The notes under the pieces are model-generated. The model had not been told where the DNA came from, made no database searches, and worked only from the letters and a program-made list of their open reading frames with translations. Below are positions 12,790-24,045 of a stretch of DNA of 64,000 bases, piece by piece. The stretch is taken from assembly GCF_009834535.1 (NCBI RefSeq), contig NC_045696.1, positions 73,596,001 to 73,660,000 on the forward strand. Reading direction: 5' to 3'. Each line of letters starts with the position of its first letter. The stretch's first letter is position 1. Position numbers and translations under genes: made by a program. Source of the stretch: Camelus ferus (Eukaryota).

Positions 12790-13610
12790 TTCCAGCTTCT
12801 TAAACCAAAAGCCTTGGAGTCCTCCTTGACCTTCTCTTTCTCTGACAATATGCTTCTGATCTGTCAGCAAATCTTATTGGCTCTACCTTCAAATATAATC
12901 AAAATACAGCCAGCTCCATCTGCAACTATCCTGATCTACGCCATCATACTCTCTCTCCTGGATGACTGTAAGGCAGCCGGGTCTCTCTGGTCCTGCCCTT
13001 GCCCCCCAGAGTATGTTCTTAACACATCAGACAAGGTGATACTCTTATAATCTAAGTCAGGTTATGCCTCTCCTTTCCTCAACCTCTCCAAGGCTTCCAA
13101 AAGTTGTGCATAGAGACCTACAAGAACTTACCTCTTTCACACACATGTGCACACACCCAAACACACACACACACATCATTACCCTCTGACTCACTACCAC
13201 TCTCCCTCACTTGCTCCACTCCACCACTCTGAACATGCCAAGTTTACTCCCACCTTAGAGTAATTGCACTAGCTGTTCCCTCTCCCTGGCACACTCTTCC
13301 CTCAGATGTCCACATGGTTCCTGTCCTCTAAGATTTTACTAAAATATCACTTTCTCAATGAGGTCTACCCTGATATCATAGCAACACTTCTCCCCATCCC
13401 CACATCCCTGATCTCTCTTACCCAGCTTTATTTTCCCATGACACTTGACACCCTCTAATACACTTTAAAATGTATTATGTATACTGTCAGCTGAAATGTA
13501 AATTTCATGAGGTGAGGATTTGGGGGGATTTTTTGTTCACTGATGTATCAAGAGCCTAGAACAGTACCTGGCACATTGTAGGTGCTCAATAAGTATTTGT
13601 TGTTCAACTA
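12790..13610 (+). mobile_element. L2a 3' portion
   Basis: ccttggagtcctccttgac...ggctctaccttcaaa...cctagaacagtacctggcacattgtaggtgctcaataagtatttgttg. Confidence 0.9.
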
Positions 13611-13641
13611 AACACTGCCTCCAGGCCATCCACTACCACAT

Positions 13642-13830
13642 CAGCAGTTATTTCTTGACCTTTTAAAATATCTTTGGGTCATACAACTTTGAGTCATTGA
13701 GAATCTGATAAAAAGCTATGGACTCTTACCAGGAAAACATATATTCACAGGAATGTATGTATGTATACACAAATTCTCATATATAGTATGTGACTTCCAG
13801 AGGACCATTCATGGAGACCTAAATTGACAA
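13642..13830 (+). mobile_element. MER117-like hAT-Charlie
   Basis: tgagaatctgataaaagctatggactctt..ccaggaaaa. Confidence 0.7.
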
Positions 13831-14422
13831 GGATACACAGACTATGTGTTATTGATAGGCCATCTGGGACACCATGAATGGAGTGAGAGTTTATATACTG
13901 CAAAGGGAGTCCACAAAGCACCAAGTGTCCCTTGTTGCAGAAAGTGCTGGAGTAAGGTGTTCTGGGAAGAGGGTTTTGTGGAAGGAGGGACCAGAATAAG
14001 ACTGTCCTGGAACCAGAGCAGCAGGTAAGTGGGTAGAGTAGCCCAGGTGCTTCCTCTCCCCTTCTTCCTTACTACTGTCAGGCTCCCCAACAAACCCTGC
14101 CCTGGATAGCATTAAATCTTGCCCTGAAAGCAAGACCTGGCCTCACATTGGGCAGGGAAGGTCCACGAGTAGCTTTAGGGTCTACAGTTGTGAATGGAAG
14201 GACACTACCAAGTAGAGGCATTGAAAGGGCAAGGAAATCCTAGTGGACACCCACCTGGGACAATCATCCTCAGTTATTCATTCATTTATGTGTAAGTGTG
14301 ATTACTTGAGAGACTCCCTGAACAAAGACAAAGAGGAAAATGTTTAAGGGCTATTTATGTCTCTTCAGGGGAGAAAACCTCTATAAATACATAATCAAAA
14401 TCAATCAGAGTTACAAAGCACT

Positions 14423-17400
14423 GGGATCAAAGCAAGATGGCAGAGTAGAAGGATGCTTGTAGCTCACCCTCTCCCACAAATACACCAAAACTCACATCTA
14501 CAGACCTACTCAGCCAACCAGAGCACCTGCTGAACTCCGACGGAACATTGCCTTCTTTGAAAGACAAAGACGCCAAAAATCTGGTAGGAGAAAAGGAAAA
14601 AAGAAAGAAGAAAAAGCAAAACAGTGCAGGACCAATCCCGCGGGGAGGGCGCGGCAAAGGAGGATTGGCGTTCGTTCGCTGGGTCTCCGCTTTCCAACAG
14701 AGAGGCCAGCGGGACGGAGGGGGAGCCTCTGAGGCTCAGATCTGTCCTGAGCACCCCTTGACCAACAGAACTGAGTTAAACAAGCACAAAGTGTCCCCGC
14801 GACACCCAGCCCGAGTCACGAGCCGGCAGCTGGGGGCCAGGACAGGCTGCCCGAGCCAGGTGGAGGACGGGGGTGGCGGCACTGAGGCAGCCCCAGGGGA
14901 CTGCAGGGGGCTGTGCGCCGTGGCTGGGAGGGGATATGGAGCAGAACCACCTCGGTACCCCATAAATTGTGGAAAAAGCAAAGCAACATGGCTGCTGTGC
15001 TCTCGGGGGAGGGGTGCCATAGCCTTTGTCTCCTCAGAACTGCGCTGCCATTATTGGCGCTTCTAGAGAGAGGGGAAGCGGGGCGCAGCCACAGCCACCA
15101 TCTCCTCCTGTGCGCAGCGCGTTGGTGGGCACAGGCCGAGACCTGAATCTGCACCCGGGGCTCCGCAATCTCCTAGGCAGGACTGAGGCTTGTTTACAGC
15201 CCAAGGCAGATAGGATCTTTCTGCCCTGGCACCTCAGAGAACTTATGCCGCCAAGACAAACAAGGAGCTGAGATTTGGCACAGAGCAGGGGCGGGGCCGT
15301 TCCTCAGTCTTCCCCGAGCCCACAATCGGGCAGCTGCACAGAGCAGCAGAGCAACTGGGGCTGGGAGAGGGCGGGCGGCCACTCCCCTTCCTGGCAGGAA
15401 TGCAGCACTTGACCATCACGCTGGGAGGGGGCGCGATCTGCCCACCTGCCTCGCCCAAGCGCCACATCTGACTGCGGCATCAGGAGGGGGAGTGACCCTC
15501 CCGCCAACCCGGTAAGAGCTCAGCACCTGACCCAGTGTTGGGAGGGGGCGCGATCTGCTAGCCGTCAGCCACTGGGAGCAGCACAGATGAGGGCACCAAC
15601 AGAGGGCCTCTGGAAACAGCAAGCTGGGTTCACGAAAACAGGGCAAAGACACAAAGACCTCTTGATAAAATTATTAAGAGCACACCATCTCCAGGAGAAC
15701 TAGGTAACTGATACTCCTTAAGCCACAGTGCCAGAGAGATACAAACAATATGAAGAAGCAAAGGAACCACTCACAATTAAAAGATCAAGAGAAATCCCCT
15801 GAAAGCACGATCAAGGAAACAGACATTGATGGCCTACTAGATCAACATTTCAAAAAAGGAGTGATCGAAGTACTGAAGGAACTAAAAGAAATAGTGTTTA
15901 GAGATATAAAATATGTCAAAAATGAAATAGAAGCTATAAAGAAGAACCAAGTAGAATTAAACTCATTTGCTGAGATGAGAGCTGACCTAAAGGCTGTGCA
16001 AAGCAGGCTAGATAATGCAGAGGAACAAATAAGTGACCTAGAAGACAGGACAACAGAAAGCACCCAATCAGAACAGCTGAGAGAAAAACAAATAAAAAAC
16101 AATGAAAACAATATAAGGGACCTATGGGATAATATAAAGCGTGCCAATCTATGCATACTAGGGGTTCCAGAAGGGGAAGAAAGATCAAAGGGGATTGAAA
16201 AGGTATTTGAAGAAATCATGACTGAAAACTTCCCAAACCTAAAGGAATCAGATATCCAAGTACAGGAGGCTCAGAGTCCCAAACAGGAAGAACCCAAACA
16301 GACCCACACCAAGACATATCATAATCAAGATGGCCAGAGTCAAGGATAAAGAAATGATCCTAAAGGCAGGAAGAGAAAAAAAAAGAATGAGTTACAAGGG
16401 AACCCTCATAAGGCTCTCAGCTGATTTCTCTACACAAACACTACAGGCCAGAAGGGAGGGGCAAGATATATTCACAGTCCTGAATGAAAAAAAGATGCAG
16501 CCTAGGATACTCTATCCAGCAAGGCTATCCTTTAGAATAGAAGGAGAGATAAAGAACTTCACAGACAAGTAAAAACTAAGAGTTTAGCAACACTAAACCC
16601 ATGCTAAAAGAAATATTGACACGTCTACTCTAAATAGAAAAGAAGCAGGATGCTACAAAAATGAGAAACTCATAACTGGAAAGGAGATAACTGCCATGAA
16701 TTACAAAATGAATAAACACAAAATTGTAAAAGAAGACATCTAAATCATTAAGAGTGGGAGAGGGAAGCAAGGAAAGCCACTGTGGAAAACAGCATGGAGA
16801 TTCCTCAAAAGACTAGGAATAGACTTACCATAGGACCCAGGAATCCCGCTCCTGGGCATATATCCAGAAGGAATTCTACTTCAAAATGACACCTGAACCC
16901 CAGTGTTCATAGCAGCACTATTTACAATAGCCAAGACACGGAAACAGCCTAAACGTCCATCAACAGATGACTGAATAAAGAAGATGTGGTATATTTATAT
17001 GATGGAATAGTATTCAGCCATAAAAAACGACAACATAACGCCATCTGCAGCAACATGGATGTTCTCGGAGAATGTCATTCTAAGTGAAGTAAGCCAGAAA
17101 GAGAAAGAAAAATACCATATGAGATTGCTCATATGAGGAATCTAAAAAAATAATAATAAATTAATAAATAAATAAATAACCAAACAAACAAATACAAAAC
17201 AGAAACAGATTCATAGACATAGAATACAATCTTGTGGTTGCCAAGAGGGAGGGGGGTGGGAAGGGATAGACTGGGATTTTAAAATGCAGAACAGATAAAT
17301 AAGATTATACTGTATAGCACAGGGAAATATATACAAGATCTTGTGGTAGCTCATAGTGGGAAAAAAATGTGACAATGAATATATACATGTTCGTGTATAA

Positions 17401-17527
17401 CTAAAAAATTGTGCTCTACACTAGAATTTGACACAACATTGTAAAATGACTATCACTCAATAAAAAAATATTTAAAAATAAAATATAAAAAAATTAAAAA
17501 GGGCAATTTCTACTGCTTTCAAAAAAA
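14423..17527 (+). mobile_element. Young L1 derivative lacking almost all of ORF2 (HAL1-like / internally deleted L1)
   Basis: CpG-rich 5'UTR starting gggatcaaagcaagatggc; ORF1; junction at ~16775 directly to the ORF2 C-terminus (agccactgtggaaaacag); 3'UTR; polyA. TSD agagttacaaagcact (14407-14422) / agaattataaagcact (17528-17543). Confidence 0.92.
15750..16632 (+). pseudogene. L1 ORF1p (frameshifted)
   Basis: MKKQRNHSQLK...LWDNIKRANLCILGVPEGEE...ENFPNL then, in another frame, IRLSADFSTQTLQARR..QPRILYPARLSF. Confidence 0.9.
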
Positions 17528-17839
17528 AGAATTATAAAGCACTAAGAAATGGGAAATGTTTGTTGGAACACAAAAGATGTTTTAGAGAAAATGAATGGTC
17601 TCAATGATATTTTAAAATAGTGGGTACTGAAAAATCATCATACTAAACAGACTGACTCTATCTGGAATATCTGGCCTTGGATGTTCTATTTCCTTTCCTG
17701 CAGCAGAAAGAAAGCTCAGGTAAACAGTACTAGGAGCAGAGATGAGAGGGAGTGGGGATGTCACTCCAGGAAATAGAAAGCAAACACAAAATTCAACGCA
17801 ACCAGGTTCTCTTTCAAGTGAACTTGTATTGTAGCTGAG

Positions 17840-18680
17840 AGTAATTAAACTGAACAGAACAATTGCCTTAAATGTCTGCTTAAAGGGCCAGTGTAAAGAG
17901 AAGAGGCCTGGAAAAGTCCACTGATGCAGAGAAAGCAGCATCTGTCAAGTGAGTAGAGGGTGCAGAACAAACATGCAAAGCAGTGGGGAAAATGTCACTG
18001 AGAATTGAGGATTTCATGTTAGGATTCCAAAAAAACACTACAGATGTTGTGGCCAGGGCATCCAGGTGACTAGCAACAGTGTGGATTCTTCTCAGGACCA
18101 GTTGTGTAAAATCTATGCTGAAAAAAATCCCCACAGACTGAAGAGAAATAAACATTACATATTGTTGCACTGATTCTAGAAGGAAGTGACAGACACAGAG
18201 CCCCCTGTCTCTTGTGGATGGCCCAGAACACTGCTCACCCTTAAATGCAGCCCCAGTATAGAATTTGGGGGAATAGGAACACCCCTCCTTGAGGAGCAAC
18301 CCTTGTTTACATGGGCCCTTCACATCCACAATCTTGTTGGGCCTCAAACAGCCTGTGCCTTGGTAGTATGATTGCAAGACAAAGTCACTGAGCTCACAGC
18401 GTGACTTCCCCAGATAAGACAACTTGAACTGCCTGACTGCCACTTCCAAAATAAATAGGTCAGAGAACTTCAGTGAAGCCCTATGTCTACAATCTGTGCT
18501 TCAGAGCTGCAAACAGAGCTCAAGTGTAATCCAGGCAGGGACAAGACTCCATATTGGTTCCAAGACATTGTCCTGAGAAATTTCAACTCCATGCACCCAG
18601 CTAAGCACTGTTTGCTTCACATCCTAAGAACCTCAGGAGGTATTCCAGGTCTCCAAGGCTAAGGAAGCAGCTATAAGTAT
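17840..18680 (+). mobile_element. Possible decayed Gypsy protease/RT N-terminal remnant
   Basis: IKLN..KCLL-x-ASV (~LLDTGAS with a deletion), VEGA..GKMSLRI, VD....LCKIYAEK (~GxDFLxxxxCKID), ILVPR (~VLVPK). All weak. Confidence 0.35.
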
Positions 18681-19157
18681 AAGTGTCTTTAAGAGCAAGT
18701 TCTAAATGTCCTAGGACATTCAGGAGAATACAGTCAGAGCTATCTTGACCCCTCATTGCTTCCTACATTCTCATGGACTTAGAATTCTAGTCTCTATAGG
18801 CTTAAACATGACTACTTTCTATATTTACTTCTACTTCTCCAACATCTCTTCCCATCTTAATCATTCAGTCTCTGCTTAAAACTCCCTCCACACAGCTCTC
18901 CTGTTGTCTTAAACTGAAATGTGACCACCTGTCTCTTCCCTTTGCTAATGTAGGGAATAAATCCAAGTGTCTTCATATGAGAGTCCCTAAGATATTTAAC
19001 AGAGCTACCAGACACATCACAGTTAAAACAGAAAAAGACAAATACACTTAATTAAATCTCAGACTAAGCAAAATATAGTTATCAAAGTAACATTAGATTT
19101 ATAGTTTGCAATATCAATTATAAACATATAGATTCAAATAGAAAGATAAATTATTGC

Positions 19158-19281
19158 CTTCAAGGTTCTTTTCAACTTTCTGTATGGTACCTGCTCACAA
19201 TCAGTCTTGGCCTTAGATGAAATTTACCACCACTTTGGGCTGCATTCTCAAACAATCTTGAACCCCAAGAAGATCCAGGCC
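19158..19281 (-). pseudogene. 28S (LSU) rRNA-derived fragment, 5' domain
   Basis: cttcaaggttcttttcaactttc..tggtac..gccttagatgaaatttaccaccactttgggctgcattctcaaacaa is the reverse complement of conserved 28S sequence. Confidence 0.9.
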
Positions 19282-19344
19282 AGTCCCTACAAATTCTTAA
19301 CACCCCAAAGACATAGAATGATAAGCTCAGCTCTTCCTCTCATT

Positions 19345-19900
19345 AGTCCACAGCCCTGGCTGTACATAAGAATCACCTAGGGTGCTTTTTTAAAAATTCT
19401 GGTGTTTGGGTTCTACCCCAGACCATTTGAAACAGAATTTCTAGGGATGTCGGAGGTGGGGTATTGGTAGCTTTTTAACTTTCAACGTAATTCTAATGTG
19501 CATCCAGGGTTGAGAACTACTGTGCACATCAGTGGTTCTCAGATGTTAAAATGCATAAGAATCACCTATGAGCTGGGACCTGTAGCTCCCAAAACCCAGA
19601 GAATCTGCTTCCTCAGAGTTGGGGTTGGAACCAAGGATCTGCATTCTTACCAAGTGCCTAGTATTTCAGTCCTTTGAAACATACTTTAAGAAATTCTGCC
19701 CTAGGTTTTAGATCAGTGGTTCTTAAAGTGTGGTCCCTGAACCACCTGTGCTAGCACAGCATCATCAAGGAACCCATTAGAAATAGAAATTTTTGGACCT
19801 CCAGCCCGAAGTGACAGAAACAGTGAGGTAGAGTCTGGCTATCAGTGTTTTGACAGACCTCCAGGTGATCATAATGCTCGCTCCAGTTTGAGAAGCTCTG
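19345..19900. mobile_element. Three adjacent MER5-family elements (MER5B ~19345-19522, MER5A ~19530-19698, MER5A1 ~19714-19900)
   Basis: Repeated cagtggttct..., agaatcacct, and ...gagaactactg / gagaagctctg termini. Confidence 0.8.
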
Positions 19901-20175
19901 ACCCAGATGATTCTGTCAAGTAGAGAAGAAAGGATCCCACTGAAGTAAATACCAAGTCCCACTGCCAAAACTGGGGTTTTGCATCATGTCTTAAAGGGAG
20001 AGTAGCCTTTGGAAGTAATCTAAACATTTTTGACCTGCCAAAAGCCTATTCTAAGTCAAAACCCACAAAAATAGGTAAACTTGTCACCAAAATACAACCA
20101 AAATACTGTTAAAGAGTGAACAGGATGTGCCTAAGAGAAAAACTAAAGGACAATAACAGAACAAATATTACTAAC

Positions 20176-20338
20176 CTCAAAACAAAACTCTAGTGGCAAA
20201 CAGTCAGGCTAATTTTCCTGAAAATTTCTTAATCTCCCAGTGCTGGGCACAAGCATTTACATTGTTCCTAGGAAAACCTGCTGCTCCTCAGAAATCCCAA
20301 GGAAGTCACCATGGCAACAACAGTCACATAGCACGGTG
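20176..20338 (-). pseudogene. Decayed exon of putative RGSL1/RGS22-like pseudogene
   Basis: Acceptor ctgtcaaccag and donor GAG|gttagt. Reads HGDFLGISEEQQVFLGTM*MLVPSTGRLRNFQEN*PDCLPLEFCFE, aligning ungapped to recalled RGS22 HLRNIQSEVLKPLLLYWAPRF. Phase 0 into the 10521 exon. Confidence 0.55.
20305..20318. promoter_or_regulatory. RFX X-box motif
   Basis: GTCACCATGGCAAC matches GTNRCC-AT-GGCAAC; function unproven. Confidence 0.35.
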
Positions 20339-20429
20339 CTGGTTGACAGGCATATTAACACTTCATGTTTGGTACTACCACTACCTGCCAAGGAAGGTAG
20401 GATGGGAATTATCAGCCTTGTTTACATTG

Positions 20430-20550
20430 GGTCCTACAAAACTTTTTAAAAACTATATGACTTGACAAGATTACTTATCTAATAAGAAGCAGAGACAGGA
20501 TTAGAACCCACGCATTAGACTCCAAATCCACAGCCCTCTTCTCCAACCTG
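20430..20550 (-). mobile_element. MIR fragment
   Basis: tgacttgacaag...gcagagacaggattagaaccca..gactccaaatcc. Confidence 0.7.
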
Positions 20551-20929
20551 CACTGATTTCTATTACCTCCTCTGGATCCTTGCCACAGGGCACATGACTA
20601 GGAGGATACCTGAGACATCTGGGTGAACAAATCTGGCCCTTCCACATTAAAGCACAGACTTGGGGTGGGTGGCTGAGGTGAGAGTGATTATGGCATACTT
20701 TTGTAAAAATCATCCTGACATGATGAGACTGTGAACATTCTTAATTATGTCCAATCCTTAAGTAGATAAGTACATATTAAGAACACATATCCCAGAAATC
20801 TTTAATATTTCCATGAAACCCTTCATTTATAATTTAGTTCACTTATAATTTAGAAAACATGTCAGTACAGGGTATAGGACACCATGTATACATTATACTA
20901 TCACTGCATTAGAAATGGATAAAAATGAA

Positions 20930-21140
20930 AATATATATATTTGTATTTTCTTGTATTTACATAAAGAAACTCTGGAAAGATGTGTAAGAAACTAATGTCC
21001 TTGGTTTCCTGGCTGTGGGGCTGGAAAAAGGAGACTGAGCAGATGAAACCCAGGGTAGAAGACAGACTGCACTGTGTAAATTTTCATATATTTTGATTCT
21101 GAAACATGTGAGTGTACCACACATTAAAACACATTTTTAA
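20930..21140 (+). mobile_element. L1MC5/L1ME-like 3' end
   Basis: gaaactctggaaagat...gaaactaat...gattctgaaacatgtgagtgta. Confidence 0.7.
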
Positions 21141-21490
21141 AGAGTAAGTTTTTTTAATTGAAATCTGTATTATACCTTGAAATTCTGAACCACGTAAAAT
21201 TCCATATGATTAAAGATTACAGATTTTATTAGGCAAATTACAAGGAACATCTAGATTAGTTAAGTCCTAATTAAGGAATCCTAGAAAATACCTGAAATTT
21301 ATAAATTCTTTTGATAAATCCTTTTTATAACTCCTTATCAAATCATATGTTTTATACTTCCAACAAGACTAAACTGCCTTAAATTGTTAAATTTTCCTCA
21401 AGTTTGACAATCATAGGTCTCAAATTTCCTAGGAAGTATAATCCCACTCATTTTAATAAAATATACTTGTTCCAAACAGTAATGTTATAC

Positions 21491-21653
21491 CTGAGCAATA
21501 CTTTTCATAATGTATATTAAAAAAGGGGAAAATTATTTTTCAAGATATATGTCCTATATTCAGTTCTAAAAATATTCATTTTTACCATCGGTTCCTTTTA
21601 TTAGGTTTTTGAGTTATTTCAAAGGATCTGTTAATCATCTCTATCTTCTCCAT
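21491..21653 (-). pseudogene. Decayed exon of putative RGSL1/RGS22-like pseudogene
   Basis: Donor CAG|gtataa; acceptor apparently mutated (ttttttaa). Reads LTDPLK*LKNLIKGTDGKNEYF, similar to recalled RGS22 FKKFIKGTLGE. Confidence 0.45.
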
Positions 21654-21779
21654 TTAAAAAATAGACACATATATTAGTATTCTATTCTCACAAGTCGAAC
21701 TCCATTTCAAATATATTGGTTGTATACTGGGAGAAAATTCCGCATCAGGCACCATAACAGCACATAAATTGAAAAGATA

Positions 21780-22310
21780 AACAAGGTCTAGTGGCTCCAT
21801 GCCAGGAGCTGAAGTCTAATTCTTCCATTGATGTGAAATCATTAAGGAATTTTTAGGCAGGGAAGTAAAATGATTAACTGTGTATTTAGAAAGATCACTT
21901 GGGTTGCAGGGTGGTAATGGAATGGACAATTCCCAGCAATCATGGCAGTTACTGAATAATTCAGATGAGAGTGTGAATTAAGGAAGGGCCACAAAGAAGA
22001 GATAGATGTGAGAGATTATCAGGAGGCAGGACTAGCAAGAATCAGTGACCAATTTGGACATGGGAAGTACTTTGACCACCCAAATTCTGATGTGGGTAAT
22101 ACAGTGGGTGATGCTTATGAGAAGGAAAAAAGGAGGAGGAGATTTTGGAGTTGAGGAAGTGGAGAAATGTACTTTTTATTTAATTAATTCCACTTCTGAG
22201 TATATATACCTGATGTATTGTCTGATAGGTCATTGGATATAATGGTCTTGATCTCAAGAGAGAACCATGAGCTGAGGATATAGATTCACTAGACGTCAGC
22301 AAAATGAGAT
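21780..22310 (-). mobile_element. L2 fragment
   Basis: tttagaaagatcact...gagatagatgtgagagatt...gagctgaggatatagatt. Confidence 0.75.
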
Positions 22311-22648
22311 AAGTAAAGCTGGGACAGGAAGACTGAAGATGAAACTGGATCCGCTCTAACATGAGTGACATGGGAAATAGTATGTCAATAACATTGCTTG
22401 TCCAGAAAAGGACAAACAAGCCTTACATGTTACTTATTTGGCTAGGGGAAAAGGCTGGCAATCCCAAAATGTTTTTTGAAGTTCATTTAAATCATACAGC
22501 AGTACACTTTTGAGTAATTCAAAGGAAAAGGGATGAAAGCACTTTTATGACTGTAATACTATTTAATACAAATCAGAAAGTCTAACATAAGTGAGAGGCT
22601 CTCTAATGCATTTCTAATATGCAATCTGTAGAATATTCTTTCTCTGCT

Positions 22649-22650
<2 letters not shown>

Positions 22651-22694
<44 letters not shown>
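22651..22694. repeat. (TA)n microsatellite
   Basis: About 22 perfect AT units. Confidence 0.95.
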
Positions 22695-22696
<2 letters not shown>

Positions 22697-22709
22697 AAGA
22701 TATTCTTAC

Positions 22710-22862
22710 AATTAAAAATTATTGCATAAAGTCACACTCTGAACAAGTCTCACTCTAGCCCCTCCAGGAAAGTGAGGCACAGCAGGCACTCCAGGCAAAT
22801 GACACCATTTTATCTCTTCCTGGCTGGAGCTTTGAGCCCAAATGCACACATTTTCTTCAACC
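22710..22862 (-). pseudogene. Decayed exon of putative RGSL1/RGS22-like pseudogene (N-terminal region)
   Basis: Acceptor ggctttcag and donor |gtaaga. Pieces SQEEIKW...PHF...SETCSE..LCNNF resemble the recalled family motif W...RLPxFLxSxxxxExxLC. Confidence 0.45.
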
Positions 22863-23769
22863 CTGAAAGCCTGGACTTGAATTAAACTCAATGATTTATT
22901 TCGTATATTTAACTTAAGACCTACGCCAGAAGTGGCATAAGCTTCCAGCATCATGCCCTTTCCTAGGGTTTCATTTTGGTCTGGGCCCTCTGTACCTTAG
23001 TATTTGGCCTGAGGCTTCTAGAAGATGGAAAATATCCTTACTCTGTCACTCCATCCAACCTAGAAGCTGAGACTAAGGAATAAAAACATTGTGCCGCACT
23101 CTCTACCTTTGGAGCTCTTCCACCCTAATAAACCTATTGAGCCACAAGGATCTGTGACTAATGATTTTGCCTATTGGAACCTCCATCAAAGGGAGGTAGC
23201 CTGCACCCACAGATGCCCCTGGGGTTTGGGACTCCTTGCTTCCCTAACACAGATACCAGGTATATTCCTTCCAAAAAGCAACTATTAGCTTTCCATTAGG
23301 ATTTTATCAAAATTGAACTTCTGAGCCATGGAGGCTTTCTCACTCTCTGGCCTGATACTCTCATTTTGAGGTTGGGTCAACTCAGACTTAATGACTCACA
23401 CGGTGCAAAAGGCCAAACAAGCCTTACATGTCAAATGGAAATGGTATATTCAAGTGAATTCTGGCTTACCCTAAGCTACATCTCAGCCCTACATGAAAAA
23501 GTGCTAGCTATCCCTCTGGGGGAGAAGTTTATCCCTCCTCTGCCACCTGAAATAACAACTATAAACAACAATTTTTTTTTCCAGGAGTACTCTGTGTTCC
23601 CCAGGACTGTTTTCCAAATGCAACTTCTTGTGTGGAAGCCAAACATTAACTTGTCTTTCACACAGGGACTTGCTCCTAAAGGTGCAAGACTTTAAAGCAT
23701 TTAAAGAAATACCACAATAGACCATGTAGCCCCCAGATGACTAAAGAGATCTCTCCCAAATAAGACTTC

Positions 23770-24045
23770 CTTTGGTGCTCTGAGGAGCTTCCAAAGGGAT
23801 AACTGGCTCATTATTTATATTCACTCTACAAGCAGTTTTTCCAAAAATGGGAGTCACCCAGTTAAAACTCTATTCTTGGCTTTAGCTCCAAATATCAATG
23901 ATAAAATCTTGACTGTGAATTAAGATCAGCTTCAATTCACTGGCCAAACTTATTATGGGTGATAAAACTGTCCTAGACTTTCTCCTTGCCGCCCTAGGTG
24001 GAGTTTGTGCAATCATTAATACAACCTGCTAAACCTGAATTAAGG
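23770..24045 (-). pseudogene. Probable first coding exon of putative RGSL1/RGS22-like pseudogene
   Basis: Long pyrimidine acceptor ...gtcctttctcccttag; ATG at 24016. Reads MIAQTPP...ELKLILIHSQDFIIDIWS*SQE*SFNWVTPIFGKT, versus recalled RGSL1 NLIILLEDEVFADFFNTFLSLPVFGQT. Confidence 0.55.

Noticed and set aside
14500..15660. Many overlapping ORFs and CpG-island appearance
   Set aside because: These come from the GC-rich L1 5'UTR, not a host gene promoter or coding region.
17880..18449. 189-aa minus-strand ORF
   Set aside because: Non-ATG start and no family resemblance. Better explained as antisense to a decayed retroelement.
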